Assembly: GCA_009778385.1 (NCBI GenBank)
Contig: WRJX01000100.1
Location: forward strand, 2,802-66,801
Source of the DNA: Candidatus Bathycorpusculum sp.
GTDB taxonomy: Archaea; Thermoproteota; Bathyarchaeia; Bathyarchaeales; Bathycorpusculaceae
Length of the DNA stretch: 64,000 bases
Direction of reading: 5' to 3'
Shown here: one piece after another, positions 18,544 to 28,671 of the stretch
Layout: each line of letters starts with the position of its first letter
How positions within the stretch are numbered: the stretch's first letter is position 1
Made by a program: the position numbers and the translations under genes
Notes under the pieces: generated by a model
The model's input: only the letters and a program-made list of their open reading frames with translations
What the model was told of the DNA's origin: nothing
Databases searched by the model: none

Positions 18544-19392
18544 TTAAATAAAGAGGGCGGTAAGTAATCCAAGTGCTAATCCTAGTGCGATTGGGAAAGG
18601 TAGTCCTGGGAAGATTCTTTTTTTCTCAAGCATAAGGAATGTAATTATTGAGCCTATGCAAATGCCTATTATTGACATGATTGTTGGTAGAATGCTGTTT
18701 GGGAAACTAAAGAACATGGATCCCGTTAGTACTGTGTAGAAGATTAAGTCGCCAAGTCCCATTTGGATATCTTTAAAGGAATAGCTTAGCCCGGGCAGTT
18801 GGTCTAGTCCGGCTTGTGCAATTTTTCCTACCGGTCCGCGGTAAACGGCGATTATGTCGTAGATTGCAAGGGCAATTAGTACTGCTATGACACTGTATGG
18901 TGGGAATGCAAATGCCATGACTGCTCCAAGGGCTCCTCCTAAACCTATGACGGCTACGCTTTGAGCTTTAGTGTACTTAAATATCGCTAAGTCAAACAGT
19001 ACTGTTATTAAAATTGATAGTCCAACTAGTAAGAAGTCGCTGTAAAAGCTCGTGTATGATAAAAGTTCTGAAATGTACAATAGTGAAAGCATCATTGATA
19101 CTGTTGTCATAACTAGGAAAATTACTGATTTAACAAGTTTCACTTTACGTCGTTTAATCAAAATTAAGAACACAGTTGCACCTATTGCCGCTAAAACTAC
19201 ATAGAGTAGCGCATTACCAATTGGTCCTGAAATAGTGTCATCTGGAAACGGCATGACTGCAGACGGAGGAATTGGTGCCTGTTCATGCTGAGGTTTAAGA
19301 AGCCAAGTGCAACCTAGGCCAAAGATTAGACTTGCAAGTATAGGCACCAAGTAAACAAAGCTAATTTTGAATTTCACTTCTTCAGTTGTCAC
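18544..19392 (-). CDS. presenilin/signal-peptide-peptidase-type intramembrane aspartyl protease
   Basis: Polytopic (about 9 TM). Catalytic YD (LAIYDIIAVY) and GxGD (MGLGDLIFY) motifs, PAL-like PFPIAL near the C-terminus. GTG start. Confidence 0.8.
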   Translation of the reverse strand: MTTEEVKFKISFVYLVPILASLIFGLGCTWLLKPQHEQAPIPPSAVMPFPDDTISGPIGNALLYVVLAAIGATVFLILIKRRKVKLVKSVIFLVMTTVSMMLSLLYISELLSYTSFYSDFLLVGLSILITVLFDLAIFKYTKAQSVAVIGLGGALGAVMAFAFPPYSVIAVLIALAIYDIIAVYRGPVGKIAQAGLDQLPGLSYSFKDIQMGLGDLIFYTVLTGSMFFSFPNSILPTIMSIIGICIGSIITFLMLEKKRIFPGLPFPIALGLALGLLTALFI

Positions 19393-19547
19393 AACTGCTA
19401 CCTACGTTTTTAGCAACTAACATTTTGTATGATGTATAGGTTACAGAATAAGGTTTGGTTTTTATCAGTATCAATTGAGCTTGGAAATTAGTTGGTTGAA
19501 AAATGAAAATTTTTATATGATGTTACATTGTAAAAACTTACATAACA

Positions 19548-20369
19548 TTGAAAAAAATTACAAGGAGAAGTGAAAAAGTGAATTTGAAACTAAACAACAA
19601 CAAATTAACCACAAAATATATCGCATTAATAGCAATATTTTCGTCACTTTACGCAATACTACGTTACGTACCCTTAGGTCCAATGATAGGGTTACAAGGT
19701 ACTTTTTCATTCTCAGACGCTTTAGCTCCTTTAATGGGCATAATTCTGGGACCATTTGCTGGTGGTATAAGCGTAATAATTGGAACCTTTACCGCCGCAG
19801 CGTTAGGCAAACCATTAGTATTTCTCGGCTTAGATTTCCTCCCAGGCTTTATCAACTGCATAGCTATGGGATTTCTTATAAAACGCAAATGGATACCCGT
19901 TGCCGCTTTATACGCTCTCTTTATTGGACTTTTTATAGTTAGTCCATACTCTTTGTTACTTGTTAAAGTTGGTTCTTTAGCTATACCTTTCTTATGGCTA
20001 CATATTGTAGCTTTAATTGTATTGCTTTTGCCTTTAAGATCTAAAGCAATAGACAACATAAAAAAATTCAATATACCCAAAATGGCCTTGAGCTTAACTG
20101 TTTTAGCATTTATCGGAACAATGCTACAACATTTAACTGGCAATTTGCTTACCCAATTTATTCTAGGCGCTGCTAACACAGGAGAAATACCTGATTTCAC
20201 ACTTCTATGGACAGGAGTATTCTACGCTTACCCATTCGAACGCACCTTAATGGTCCTAATCACAATAGTTATCGGTGTACCCCTTATAATTGCAATCAAA
20301 AAATCAATGCTACCCTTTGAAACACCAATTAATGAGGAGCGAGAAAAAGAAAAAAAGGTATATGCCTAA
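19548..20369 (+). CDS. polytopic membrane protein (ECF-transporter S-component-like; function uncertain)
   Basis: 6-7 TM helices and Gly-rich helices (GIILGPFAGGISVIIGTFTAAALG). Start ambiguous: TTG 19548 or GTG 19578 after AGGAGA. T-rich terminator follows. Confidence 0.5.
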   Translation: MKKITRRSEKVNLKLNNNKLTTKYIALIAIFSSLYAILRYVPLGPMIGLQGTFSFSDALAPLMGIILGPFAGGISVIIGTFTAAALGKPLVFLGLDFLPGFINCIAMGFLIKRKWIPVAALYALFIGLFIVSPYSLLLVKVGSLAIPFLWLHIVALIVLLLPLRSKAIDNIKKFNIPKMALSLTVLAFIGTMLQHLTGNLLTQFILGAANTGEIPDFTLLWTGVFYAYPFERTLMVLITIVIGVPLIIAIKKSMLPFETPINEEREKEKKVYA

Positions 20370-20495
20370 TTTTCCTTTTTCTAATTTTCTTTCTTAATCA
20401 GTTTTTCTTAAAATACCCAAATATTTGAATTTAGACGTTAAATGGCTCAATGTGTTAAAAAACTATTTTGTTCTAAAACGCACTAACATGTTCTT

Positions 20496-22067
20496 TTACT
20501 GTGATTCTTTTTTGAATAAGTCCACATCTTGAATGTATTCTTTGTTTATTCTTAGAGCGATTTCAGCTTTTTTAAGTTCACTTCCCAAGTATGCGGCATG
20601 GTCTAAGCGTGTGACTAAACCGAGTTGCACGATTTTGTTGTAGATGGTCTCGGCGGTTTTGCCTTTGATGATGTTGATTGGCTTATCTATTGAAGTGGCG
20701 GTGAACAGTAAGGCTATGATATCATCGTTTTTTCGATCAACGGCAATTTTGTATATTCCCACGCTATCTAGTTCTGATGGTGCTGTTTCGTCTGTTGCAA
20801 TTATAACGCTTGACTTTTGCTCTAAAGCTGCAACATACGGTTCTTCTCGTGAACGCTTATCCTTTAAAACCAGTAAATCCACACCCAAATCTTTAGGCAC
20901 AGACGCACGTTTTTTGGCAAGATACATCATTTTGGCAGCCATAGCCTCTTCTTTTACAGTTCCTTTAGCTTTGGTGCTTTTCTCTGTAGCGAGCATTATG
21001 CTTGTGTCTACTTCAGATGACAGGCGTGCAAGCAATGCGTTTATACCAATAGAGTCTGCGTCAAAAAGCTCCGTAACATTAGCAACGCCTACAAACAATG
21101 GTACATCGGGATTTCTGGTGCCAAACTCTTTGAAGGCTATGAAGGATTCCAGCACATTTGAAGGATCTAAAATTAAATCCGCCAAAATCTTGCGGAATCC
21201 CAGTTTCTTTGCTTTGGTGATTATTTCTTCGATTAATTGTACGCGTTCTTGGGCTTTATTTGGGAAATAACCTTCTTGCTGATTAGTTGGAATAACCACA
21301 ATTGGAACTTCGGTTGCAAAGGCGGCGAGTTGGTCAATGTTTCCTGCATCTAAACTAAGAATCATATCCGCACCGGCGGAGACCGCGGCTTTGATTTCTT
21401 CTGGATCAAGTGTATCAATGCTTACGGGCAGGTTAACCACAGCTTTAACGGCTTTCACAATGCGCATGGCATTTTCAGGGTCACTTTTGCCTGCAATCAT
21501 ACCAACATCAATAATGTGAGCGCCTTGAGTAGCGAATTTTTTGGATAAAAACTGAATTTCCTCATCAGCCATTAGGGCGGCATCCACGATTTCAGCCATG
21601 ATTCGCATGGGGAAATTTTTGCCGATTGCTAAATTCTTAATTAGCATACTACTGGGATGTTTTAGGAGTTTTTCGCGGTTTTGTTCAGTTTTTTCGATTT
21701 CTTTTAGAGCTTTTTCAGTAAGGATGTCTCGAAGCAAATCACAGGCAGGTATAATAGTTGACAGAGGAACTTTTCTGAGTTCTTCAAGCACTACAGGCAG
21801 ATCAGCTGCATATTTTGGACCTTTAAACGTTGGCACACCCAGTGTGTCAGCAATGATTTGTGTGTCTCCACGGCTTAAACCCGGTGTAAGAATCATATCC
21901 ACGCCCTTTAGTTTGTAGTTTTTTAAGCATGCAGTAATGGTTTCAGAATTTAGAAAAGCTGCCACAGGATAATTTAACGCAACAACCTCAGTTTCAATGT
22001 CTGATTGTTGTGCATAGTCTTTTACCATTTTTTCTGCAAGTCTACCTGTAACTAAAAGTATTTTCAA
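20496..22067 (-). CDS. long-form dihydropteroate-synthase-like pterin-binding protein
   Basis: Central pterin-binding barrel signature (QGAHIIDVGMIAGKSD ... LPVSIDTLDPEE ... GADMILSL) with extra N- and C-terminal domains. Last gene of a 3-gene minus-strand operon. Confidence 0.7.
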   Translation of the reverse strand: MKILLVTGRLAEKMVKDYAQQSDIETEVVALNYPVAAFLNSETITACLKNYKLKGVDMILTPGLSRGDTQIIADTLGVPTFKGPKYAADLPVVLEELRKVPLSTIIPACDLLRDILTEKALKEIEKTEQNREKLLKHPSSMLIKNLAIGKNFPMRIMAEIVDAALMADEEIQFLSKKFATQGAHIIDVGMIAGKSDPENAMRIVKAVKAVVNLPVSIDTLDPEEIKAAVSAGADMILSLDAGNIDQLAAFATEVPIVVIPTNQQEGYFPNKAQERVQLIEEIITKAKKLGFRKILADLILDPSNVLESFIAFKEFGTRNPDVPLFVGVANVTELFDADSIGINALLARLSSEVDTSIMLATEKSTKAKGTVKEEAMAAKMMYLAKKRASVPKDLGVDLLVLKDKRSREEPYVAALEQKSSVIIATDETAPSELDSVGIYKIAVDRKNDDIIALLFTATSIDKPINIIKGKTAETIYNKIVQLGLVTRLDHAAYLGSELKKAEIALRINKEYIQDVDLFKKESQ

Positions 22068-22081
22068 AGTTTACCCCGGGT

Positions 22082-23035
22082 TTAATTTATTATTTTAATT
22101 GTTGCACCTTTGTTATTTCCTTTAGCAATGAACACTTCTCCGCCTATGTCTCTATCAAGGTACGCCCTAATTTTCTGTAAGACTGCTTTAGCCTGGTCTT
22201 GTTTTACAATGCCATAAACAGCTGGACCCCATGAGCTTTGACCAAATCCGTACACGTTTAAGCTTTTTATGAATTCTAAAGTGTCTGCGATTTCTTTGTT
22301 GGAGTATGTTCCGCCTTGTACGTGGGCAAAATAATTGCCTGTGATGATTTGAATTTCTGTTAATGCTTCGCCAAAGTTTTTGATGTCTTTTTCTGCAAGT
22401 GCAGGCAATAGTTTGAGCATTGTTAGGTGGCAAATTTTTGCTACTTCTTCTTCCTGCATGGGCGGTAACTTGTTAAATGCCGCGATTTCCTCTGAATTGC
22501 ATAGCCCCTTAGTAATGTTAGGTACTGCAATGACAAAACGCCACTCGTCAGGGAATGGTTGTCTATGAATTAGAGGTGGAAAATCTGTAGTTTCATTGGT
22601 TTTTTTACCGCCGTCAACTACAAAGCAGCCTTTTTCAAATATTGCTGTGCCGACCCCTGTTCTTTTAGCTCGCCCCATTGCAAGTGCAAGCTGAGGTGTT
22701 GTGGCTTTTATGTCATTTAGTTTTGCGATTGCGGTGGCGATTGCGAGCGCAAATTGTGTTCCTGAGCCTAATCCCGTATGGGGGGGTATTGTTTGTTTTA
22801 CATGTATGTGCACGTTTGGTTTGATTTGGTACGCTTTAAAGAAACGATCTGCTAACTGAGTGGCTAACTGAGTTTCTTGACCGGTAACGGTGAAAATTGG
22901 TGAGTGTTCTGCTTCTATAATGATGTTTGGTTTGTTTATGCCAACACCTAAGCCGCCAAACATTCTGCCCAAATTCCCGTTTAAGTCTATTAAGCCAAAG
23001 TGTAGTCGAGACGGAGTTTTAATGTAAACTTTCAA
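22082..23035 (-). CDS. mptG: beta-ribofuranosylaminobenzene 5'-phosphate (beta-RFAP) synthase, GHMP-kinase fold
   Basis: The N-terminus MKVYIKTPSRLHFGLIDLNGNLGRMFGGLG and GHMP motif PPHTGLGSGTQFALA match the family. The TTG start overlaps the upstream stop (TTGA). Confidence 0.8.
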   Translation of the reverse strand: MKVYIKTPSRLHFGLIDLNGNLGRMFGGLGVGINKPNIIIEAEHSPIFTVTGQETQLATQLADRFFKAYQIKPNVHIHVKQTIPPHTGLGSGTQFALAIATAIAKLNDIKATTPQLALAMGRAKRTGVGTAIFEKGCFVVDGGKKTNETTDFPPLIHRQPFPDEWRFVIAVPNITKGLCNSEEIAAFNKLPPMQEEEVAKICHLTMLKLLPALAEKDIKNFGEALTEIQIITGNYFAHVQGGTYSNKEIADTLEFIKSLNVYGFGQSSWGPAVYGIVKQDQAKAVLQKIRAYLDRDIGGEVFIAKGNNKGATIKIIN

Positions 23036-23676
23036 GTTTTAAGCCCTCCTCTCAATAGATCAATTTTTTTCTGTAAATCGGTCATTAACTCAGTGTAATG
23101 AGAGTTAGGTGCTGAACGGTTAACCACATCAATACAGTTTTGAATTAAACTGTAAAGCTTAGCCACATGTTCCTGCTCTGCTTCAACACTGATTAGGGCT
23201 TTAATGCGGGTGGCATGGATTATTGCTTCAAGAACAGCCGGCATTGCTCGACAATAAGTTTGAGGATACACTTTTAGAGCTTCAACATGTTTAACGTAAC
23301 ATGTAACTCTAGTTCTTATCTCATCTACAGGTTCAAAATCTTTAATTGACAACGAAACCGTTGCATCAGCTGCTTTCAGTTTTGGAGCATTAACAGTGTC
23401 GGATTTTTTAAACCAATCCGCTGGCAATCCGTCATCTTTTAAGGTTGATTTATAGTAAAAGTCAATGTTGCCTGTCAGGTTTAATGTGGCAGATTTTGTG
23501 ATTTGCAGGTTTTTCAGAGTTTCTGCCGAATTGTAAATTGTAAGGATGATTTCTTGACTGTTTTTTATAGTTGCACCCATGGGCGCAGCGTTTGGGCGAC
23601 CATCAAGGTTAAAAGTGCATATTATGGCTTCACAGATTATGTTTTGGCAGAAGCCTAAATCAGCCAACGTAACCAT
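23032..23676 (-). CDS. DUF447-like protein (split-barrel, methanopterin-pathway associated)
   Basis: 214 aa. N-terminal NLDGRPNAAPMG-type segment as remembered for DUF447. First gene of the operon with mptG. The call rests largely on context. Confidence 0.5.
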   Translation of the reverse strand: MVTLADLGFCQNIICEAIICTFNLDGRPNAAPMGATIKNSQEIILTIYNSAETLKNLQITKSATLNLTGNIDFYYKSTLKDDGLPADWFKKSDTVNAPKLKAADATVSLSIKDFEPVDEIRTRVTCYVKHVEALKVYPQTYCRAMPAVLEAIIHATRIKALISVEAEQEHVAKLYSLIQNCIDVVNRSAPNSHYTELMTDLQKKIDLLRGGLKT

Positions 23677-23870
23677 AAATTTTCCTGCTCTTTGTTGGTT
23701 AAAGATTTTTTCAATCGATTGTAAATTTTAACAATCCATAATATAATAAATGTTTGCTTAAAGTAACATATGAAAAATATTTACAACCTCTCTATATTTG
23801 AAGAAGCAAAATACCTGAAGTTATCTGAAGTATAGTCTTGTCGTATAATATAATAGCAATTTAGACGGTA

Positions 23871-23970
23871 GAAGGGTGTATTGTTGTGTTGATGTGTGGA
23901 TGGTATGGTTTTGGTTAAGCTGTGGTGGTTTGATTGTTAGTTAATTGTATGAAAAGTTTTGGATTGTTAC
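23871..23970 (+). repeat. G+T-rich, C-poor tract
   Basis: One C in ~100 nt on the + strand. Contains TGTGGTGGTTTGATTG, which resembles TGTGGTGGTTTAATTG at 18443-18458. Confidence 0.6.
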
Positions 23971-24010
23971 CTACCTTGGATTTAAGGTTATGTTGTTGGT
24001 GTAAAAGTGT

Positions 24011-24622
24011 TTAAAAATGTATTGGCTTTGCGTCGGTTTGAGTTGTTATTAACCCTTTTCGGATAGCGTTTAGTACGCTGTCTATATTGAGGTCTGCTTG
24101 GATTTGGTTGCAAACGCTAAAGAGTTCAGAAATTTGGTGTGCGTCGCTGCCAGCTGTGCCTGGTAAACCAATTTCTTTAGCCATTTGTTTGGCTTGTTGG
24201 TTTGCTGCGGTACTGGAGCCGCCATTTAACACTTCTATAGCGTCTACTTTTAGTGTTCTTGCAACATCGCCCATGCCGTAAAGCCGATATGGGTGTGCTA
24301 CAATGGAGACTGCGCCGATTGATTTTGCATAGTCAACCACGTCTTGTGGACTCCAAGGTTTAGGTGGTAGCTCTTCTGTACCTAAGACTAGCATATCTCC
24401 CGCTGTTGTGGTAATTTCTACTCCTGGAATGATTAAAATGTCAGGGTAAGAGGATGCTAAGGTTCTGACTGCTTTACATGCCCTTACTGAGTCATGATCC
24501 GTTATAGCGGCAACTTTAATGTAATTGTGCGCCGAAAGCATATCCACAAATGTTTTAGGCTGAATTAAACTGTCCGATGAGTAAACCGTGTGAATATGAA
24601 AATCAGCATATAACGTATCCAT
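24011..24622 (-). CDS. PHP-domain metal-dependent phosphoesterase
   Basis: N-terminal ADFHIHTVYSSDS, later TDHDS, VAHPYR and GSDAH, the ordered His/Asp ligands of PHP domains. Confidence 0.85.
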   Translation of the reverse strand: MDTLYADFHIHTVYSSDSLIQPKTFVDMLSAHNYIKVAAITDHDSVRACKAVRTLASSYPDILIIPGVEITTTAGDMLVLGTEELPPKPWSPQDVVDYAKSIGAVSIVAHPYRLYGMGDVARTLKVDAIEVLNGGSSTAANQQAKQMAKEIGLPGTAGSDAHQISELFSVCNQIQADLNIDSVLNAIRKGLITTQTDAKPIHF

Positions 24623-24715
24623 GTTAAGTGACTCCTATAGTTTGCATTAAGATTGTTTTACCCACTAAAAAAGATACATCCATTTATTGAATCCTCTAAA
24701 ATGTGGAAAAAAGAA

Positions 24716-26341
24716 TTAGTTACTTAACTGTTTTAACAGTGCTGCTTTAAGATTGGCGATGAGTTGCCTACTGCTTATTTCGTTGGCTTCAACAGCATCA
24801 AACGCGATGCCTTTTTCAGTGCATGCTTTTCTAGCTGCAGACTCTACGTAGTTGCTCCAAACTTTGGGGTTATTAAGCATAGTAACACTGCTGTATGGCA
24901 TTTGTTTAATGTATTCTATTGTTTGATCTGCAACATGTCCTATAGTTTCTAAATCAAGAGGTAACACGGCTTCGTGTTGAGAAAGTGGATAAACTTCGTC
25001 AAGTTCAAAGGGTACAACTCCAAATGGTGCACAGAAAACAGCGATATGTACCTTATCTGCAAGTTCTGGCCCGAGAATTCGTAAGAGTTGGCGGATTTTT
25101 TTCATTTCGGGTGCTTTATGGAATGGTTTGTTTCTTGTCTGCGGCAACAGTAGCAGTGTTTTAGCGGTTGTTGGTGGTGTGTAACGAGTTAGGAGCCGAT
25201 TTTGGTAGTGGGTAATTTCAGGTCTTGCGAGTCCTTCATGATCAAAGTAGAAAAAGCCACTGCTTTTGATACTTGGACTGTACATTTCAAGAAAGTCTTT
25301 GTGATTTTTTATTCTTTTTAAAGCTGAAAGCAAGGCTGGATGAGTGTGAGCACGCATTTCTACGTGTTCCCAGAGTCTGCCGTCGCGGATTGATTGTTTA
25401 ATGCGTTTAAGTTCAGCTATGCAAACCCATAAATTGTGCTCAGCAAGGAAAATTTCGCGATCTTTTGCCGGTTTGATCATGAGAGTTTTGGGGGTTTCAG
25501 TGGCACATCTGGGGCAAGTGCATGGGAAATAATCCATTTCCTGAATTCGCCAAGTGCCGTTTTCGGTCATGTATCGGCCTTCTCGGGCATAAAGTGCATA
25601 AGCTGCTGAATCAAACAAGTCACAGCCTAACGCAACGGCTATGGCAAACATTGTGGGGTGACCTGCACCAAATAGGTGCAGTGGGCGTTCTATTGGTATG
25701 CCTTTTTTGGCTGTTAGAATCATTTCTGCAAGTACGTCATAGCGGTAGTTTTCCATAACTTCTGTGGGGCTACCTAATGCGTGAATGTTAAATGGTAAGC
25801 TGCCCATTTCTTTGGCGCTGGCTGCGACCAAATCAAGGTGTTTTCCTCCTTGTACGGGGCCAACCCAGAGGATGTCCTCTCGAGTTTTAAGGTTGAAGAA
25901 TTCTTTGGCTCGTTTGTGTGTTTCAGCAACGGTGACTTCTGCTTGTTCTTTAGTTACTCTCCAGCCTGTAGGAATGTCAAGTATGGTGGCGATGTCTGTT
26001 CCGATGTTTTCTTCGTAAGCTACGATTTCTTTTTGACTGTATTCTACATCACCATAAACTAAAATCTGATATGCACCCGAGTCGGTCATGGTTGCACCGT
26101 TAAAATTGAGAAATTTATGTAAACCTTCCTCTACGGGTTTGTTTTGGTATCGTTTTTTGAGAATGTACGCGTTTGTGATTACGGCTTCAAAACCGAAAAC
26201 GTCTTTTAGACGTTGTGGCGGAACCGGTTGCACGGAGGGGTTGATGACTGGGAACAATAGTGGGGTTTCTATTGTGCCACTTTTAGTTTTTAATTTGCCG
26301 ATTCTGCCCAGTAAATCTTTCTCTTTAATTTCGAAACTCAA
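24716..26341 (-). CDS. tgtA: archaeosine tRNA-guanine transglycosylase (ArcTGT)
   Basis: FEIKEKDLLGRIGKL N-terminus, TDSGAYQ, HLFGAGHP, Zn site CTCPRC. At 541 aa it is shorter than PUA-containing forms. TTG start sits exactly at the conserved N-terminus. Confidence 0.9.
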   Translation of the reverse strand: MSFEIKEKDLLGRIGKLKTKSGTIETPLLFPVINPSVQPVPPQRLKDVFGFEAVITNAYILKKRYQNKPVEEGLHKFLNFNGATMTDSGAYQILVYGDVEYSQKEIVAYEENIGTDIATILDIPTGWRVTKEQAEVTVAETHKRAKEFFNLKTREDILWVGPVQGGKHLDLVAASAKEMGSLPFNIHALGSPTEVMENYRYDVLAEMILTAKKGIPIERPLHLFGAGHPTMFAIAVALGCDLFDSAAYALYAREGRYMTENGTWRIQEMDYFPCTCPRCATETPKTLMIKPAKDREIFLAEHNLWVCIAELKRIKQSIRDGRLWEHVEMRAHTHPALLSALKRIKNHKDFLEMYSPSIKSSGFFYFDHEGLARPEITHYQNRLLTRYTPPTTAKTLLLLPQTRNKPFHKAPEMKKIRQLLRILGPELADKVHIAVFCAPFGVVPFELDEVYPLSQHEAVLPLDLETIGHVADQTIEYIKQMPYSSVTMLNNPKVWSNYVESAARKACTEKGIAFDAVEANEISSRQLIANLKAALLKQLSN

Positions 26342-26664
26342 AGACCAAACCTATCAACACATTTAACAGGTCTTATAAAAAACATTATCCCCATTCATAC
26401 CTATACTAATATGATAAGCCACCCTTTTCTCAATTATACCCTTTTCTAAAACTTTTGTCTTTTTCTAAAAATGTTGTTGTTAACTTTGCCTCTTTGGATG
26501 TTAAGCAATGACTTCTAATAACATTAAATAGATAGTAATGTGATGCATTTTTGATTGATTCGAATAAATGCATGTAATTTTGATATAATGTTGATTGATG
26601 CGTTGTGATGACCGTAAATAAGCTTAAATATGTTAAGCATGCTTATTATCTTTAGGCAGTACCC

Positions 26665-27135
26665 ATGAAAGTCATACTTACCGTGAAAGCTGATGAACTT
26701 AAACTTGCGCAATTGCTCTCAAAATTCGGTGAAAAATACACCAGAATGACCTACAAACTTAACCGACGACCTCAAGGTTACCTGCTTGAAGTAGACCTAG
26801 ACAGTGAAGACCTTGGTGAATTCATACGGCGCTTAAACCATCTAAAAGATGCTACATACAACATTGAAGAAATGAGAGGTGGTGGTTTGCTAGATAAGGT
26901 CAACGTTAGCTTGCTGCGTACTAACTCTGATGCGTTAGTTGGAAAGGAAGCCTTTGCCAAAACTGACATTGATCCCTTAGACGGTGGCGTGGTTAAGCTA
27001 GGTGGGGAGCTTTGGCTCGCTAAACCTGTGGATGACTGTAGCGTAATTAAAGAGGGTTCAAAGGTGAGGGTGATTCGTGTGGAAGGGGTTAGCCTTATAG
27101 TTGATGGAGTGACTGAAGAAGAATGTACGAATTAG
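26665..27135 (+). CDS. NfeD-like OB-fold protein (soluble short form)
   Basis: C-terminal GGELWLAKPVDDCSVIKEGSKVRVIRVEGVSLIV resembles the NfeD C-terminal beta-barrel. Overlaps the following SPFH gene by 13 nt. Confidence 0.6.
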   Translation: MKVILTVKADELKLAQLLSKFGEKYTRMTYKLNRRPQGYLLEVDLDSEDLGEFIRRLNHLKDATYNIEEMRGGGLLDKVNVSLLRTNSDALVGKEAFAKTDIDPLDGGVVKLGGELWLAKPVDDCSVIKEGSKVRVIRVEGVSLIVDGVTEEECTN

Positions 27136-28046
27136 AAATTGCATTAGTCCTTGTAGTAGTGTTTGCAGTGATAGTGATCCTGCTTAAGATGTCCTTTAAA
27201 AAAGTAAATCAATATGAAAAAGGCTTGGTGGAACGTTTCAACGCTTACGCAAAAACTGTTGAGCCCGGATTGCGTATAATTGTTCCTTTTGTTGAACGGT
27301 TGTACCGTGTCAATATGCGTGAACAAGTCATTGATGTGCCGCCTCAAGAAATCATCACTGAAGATAACGTTGTTGTTACTATAGACGCAGTCATTTATTA
27401 CCAAGTCGTTGATGCAAGACGTGCTTTATACGAAATTGAAGACTTTGAACTTGCTATTGTTAAACTTGCTCAAACAACTCTGCGTAACATAGTAGGTGAA
27501 ATGAGCCTTGACGTTGCGTTGACTTCAAGAGAGAAAATTAATGTTGATCTAAGAAGTGTCCTTGATCACGCAACTGATAAGTGGGGTACAAAAGTCAACC
27601 GTATCGAACTACAAAGAATCGACCCTCCGCAAGACATCCAAACAGCTATGCACAAGCAGAAAACTGCTGAACAGGAAAGACGTCAACTCCGTTTATTGGC
27701 TACTGGCAGAAAAGAAGCAGCTGAACAGGAAAAACAGGCTGCTATATTAAAAGCGCAAGGTGAAAAGCAGTCATCAATACTAAATGCTGAAGGCCAAGCA
27801 CGATCCGTGGAGTTAATTGCTGATGCCCAAGCAAAAGCCATAAAACTGGTGTCAGAATCTGCAAATCAATACTTCCGTGACAACGCACAACTTAACAAGA
27901 AACTAGATGTAATTCGAGACACGTTCTCACAGCAAACTAAAGTTATCGTTCCATCAAACGCAGATGTCTTAAACGTACTGGGCTTAGAAGGAACATCAGT
28001 GCTTCCGGTAAAGACAACAGAAAAACAGTCCGACAATAAACAATAG
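27123..28046 (+). CDS. SPFH/band-7 (stomatin/prohibitin-like) membrane protein
   Basis: N-terminal TM, SPFH core (GLRIIVPFVERLYRVNMREQVIDVPPQEIITEDNV, RIELQRIDPP) and a coiled-coil tail. Confidence 0.9.
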   Translation: MYELEIALVLVVVFAVIVILLKMSFKKVNQYEKGLVERFNAYAKTVEPGLRIIVPFVERLYRVNMREQVIDVPPQEIITEDNVVVTIDAVIYYQVVDARRALYEIEDFELAIVKLAQTTLRNIVGEMSLDVALTSREKINVDLRSVLDHATDKWGTKVNRIELQRIDPPQDIQTAMHKQKTAEQERRQLRLLATGRKEAAEQEKQAAILKAQGEKQSSILNAEGQARSVELIADAQAKAIKLVSESANQYFRDNAQLNKKLDVIRDTFSQQTKVIVPSNADVLNVLGLEGTSVLPVKTTEKQSDNKQ

Positions 28047-28056
28047 AGAAGAGGTT

Positions 28057-28377
28057 GTGTCTCGTTTGGCAACAAACTCTCTTCTTTCAACCCCCATGAT
28101 CCTGGTCGTGATAATTGCAGTAGTCATCCTTGTGCTGTTGCTAAAAACGTCTAAACAAACCATAAAATTCAAACAGTACTCCAGCGGTCCTGCACATCAA
28201 CGCTATATACCACAATTTAGTCCCCAGATGGAACTCGACCTACGCCTGCCCTATAGACGCTTTAAACAGCTTTACCCACACAGCAAAATAACCTATAAGG
28301 AATACAAAAAAATACAAATGCACTCATCATTCAAACGATCTTTAAGCTCCCAACAAAACCGCAGAATGGTGCGATAA
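28057..28377 (+). CDS. small single-TM basic protein (uncertain)
   Basis: One TM (MILVVIIAVVILVLLL) then a basic tail. GTG start 10 nt after the SPFH stop. No family recognised. Confidence 0.3.
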   Translation: MSRLATNSLLSTPMILVVIIAVVILVLLLKTSKQTIKFKQYSSGPAHQRYIPQFSPQMELDLRLPYRRFKQLYPHSKITYKEYKKIQMHSSFKRSLSSQQNRRMVR

Positions 28378-28517
28378 AAAACCAAAAAACAAACACTCTT
28401 TTTTTCATAGCAACTTGGCCATAGTATCCATAATAATTATAGTGCTCAAACCACCAATTTACGTAATATAATCACTTGCCATATTAGTAAATAGTGTGAA
28501 AAATTTATCTAATAATA

Positions 28518-28540
28518 ACACATATTACTTAGTGATGTGT
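28518..28540. promoter_or_regulatory. inverted repeat ACACAT-N11-ATGTGT upstream of the Kelch gene
   Basis: Arms at 28518-28523 and 28535-28540, with a loop containing TACTTAG. The same arms and loop core recur at 29997-30025. Confidence 0.3.
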
Positions 28541-28671
28541 GAGTTTTTTTGATTTCAAAGCCCATATTGAGAAAAACTTTATCAAGCAAGAAGTAAAATA
28601 AAATTAGGTGTGCATATGAACAACTTGTTTCTTTCTTACTGATTTCCTTTTTTATAAGTGGTTCATTTGTA

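Noticed and set aside
19664-21270. Long antisense ORFs 19664-20200 (-) and 20644-21270 (+), with similar cases at 38033-38545, 42721-43188, 46951-47475, 61075-61557, 10751-11062 and 15404-15799
   Set aside because: Each is fully embedded opposite a confidently assigned gene, and none shows a recognisable motif. They are explained by stop-codon-poor antisense frames of AT-rich coding sequence.
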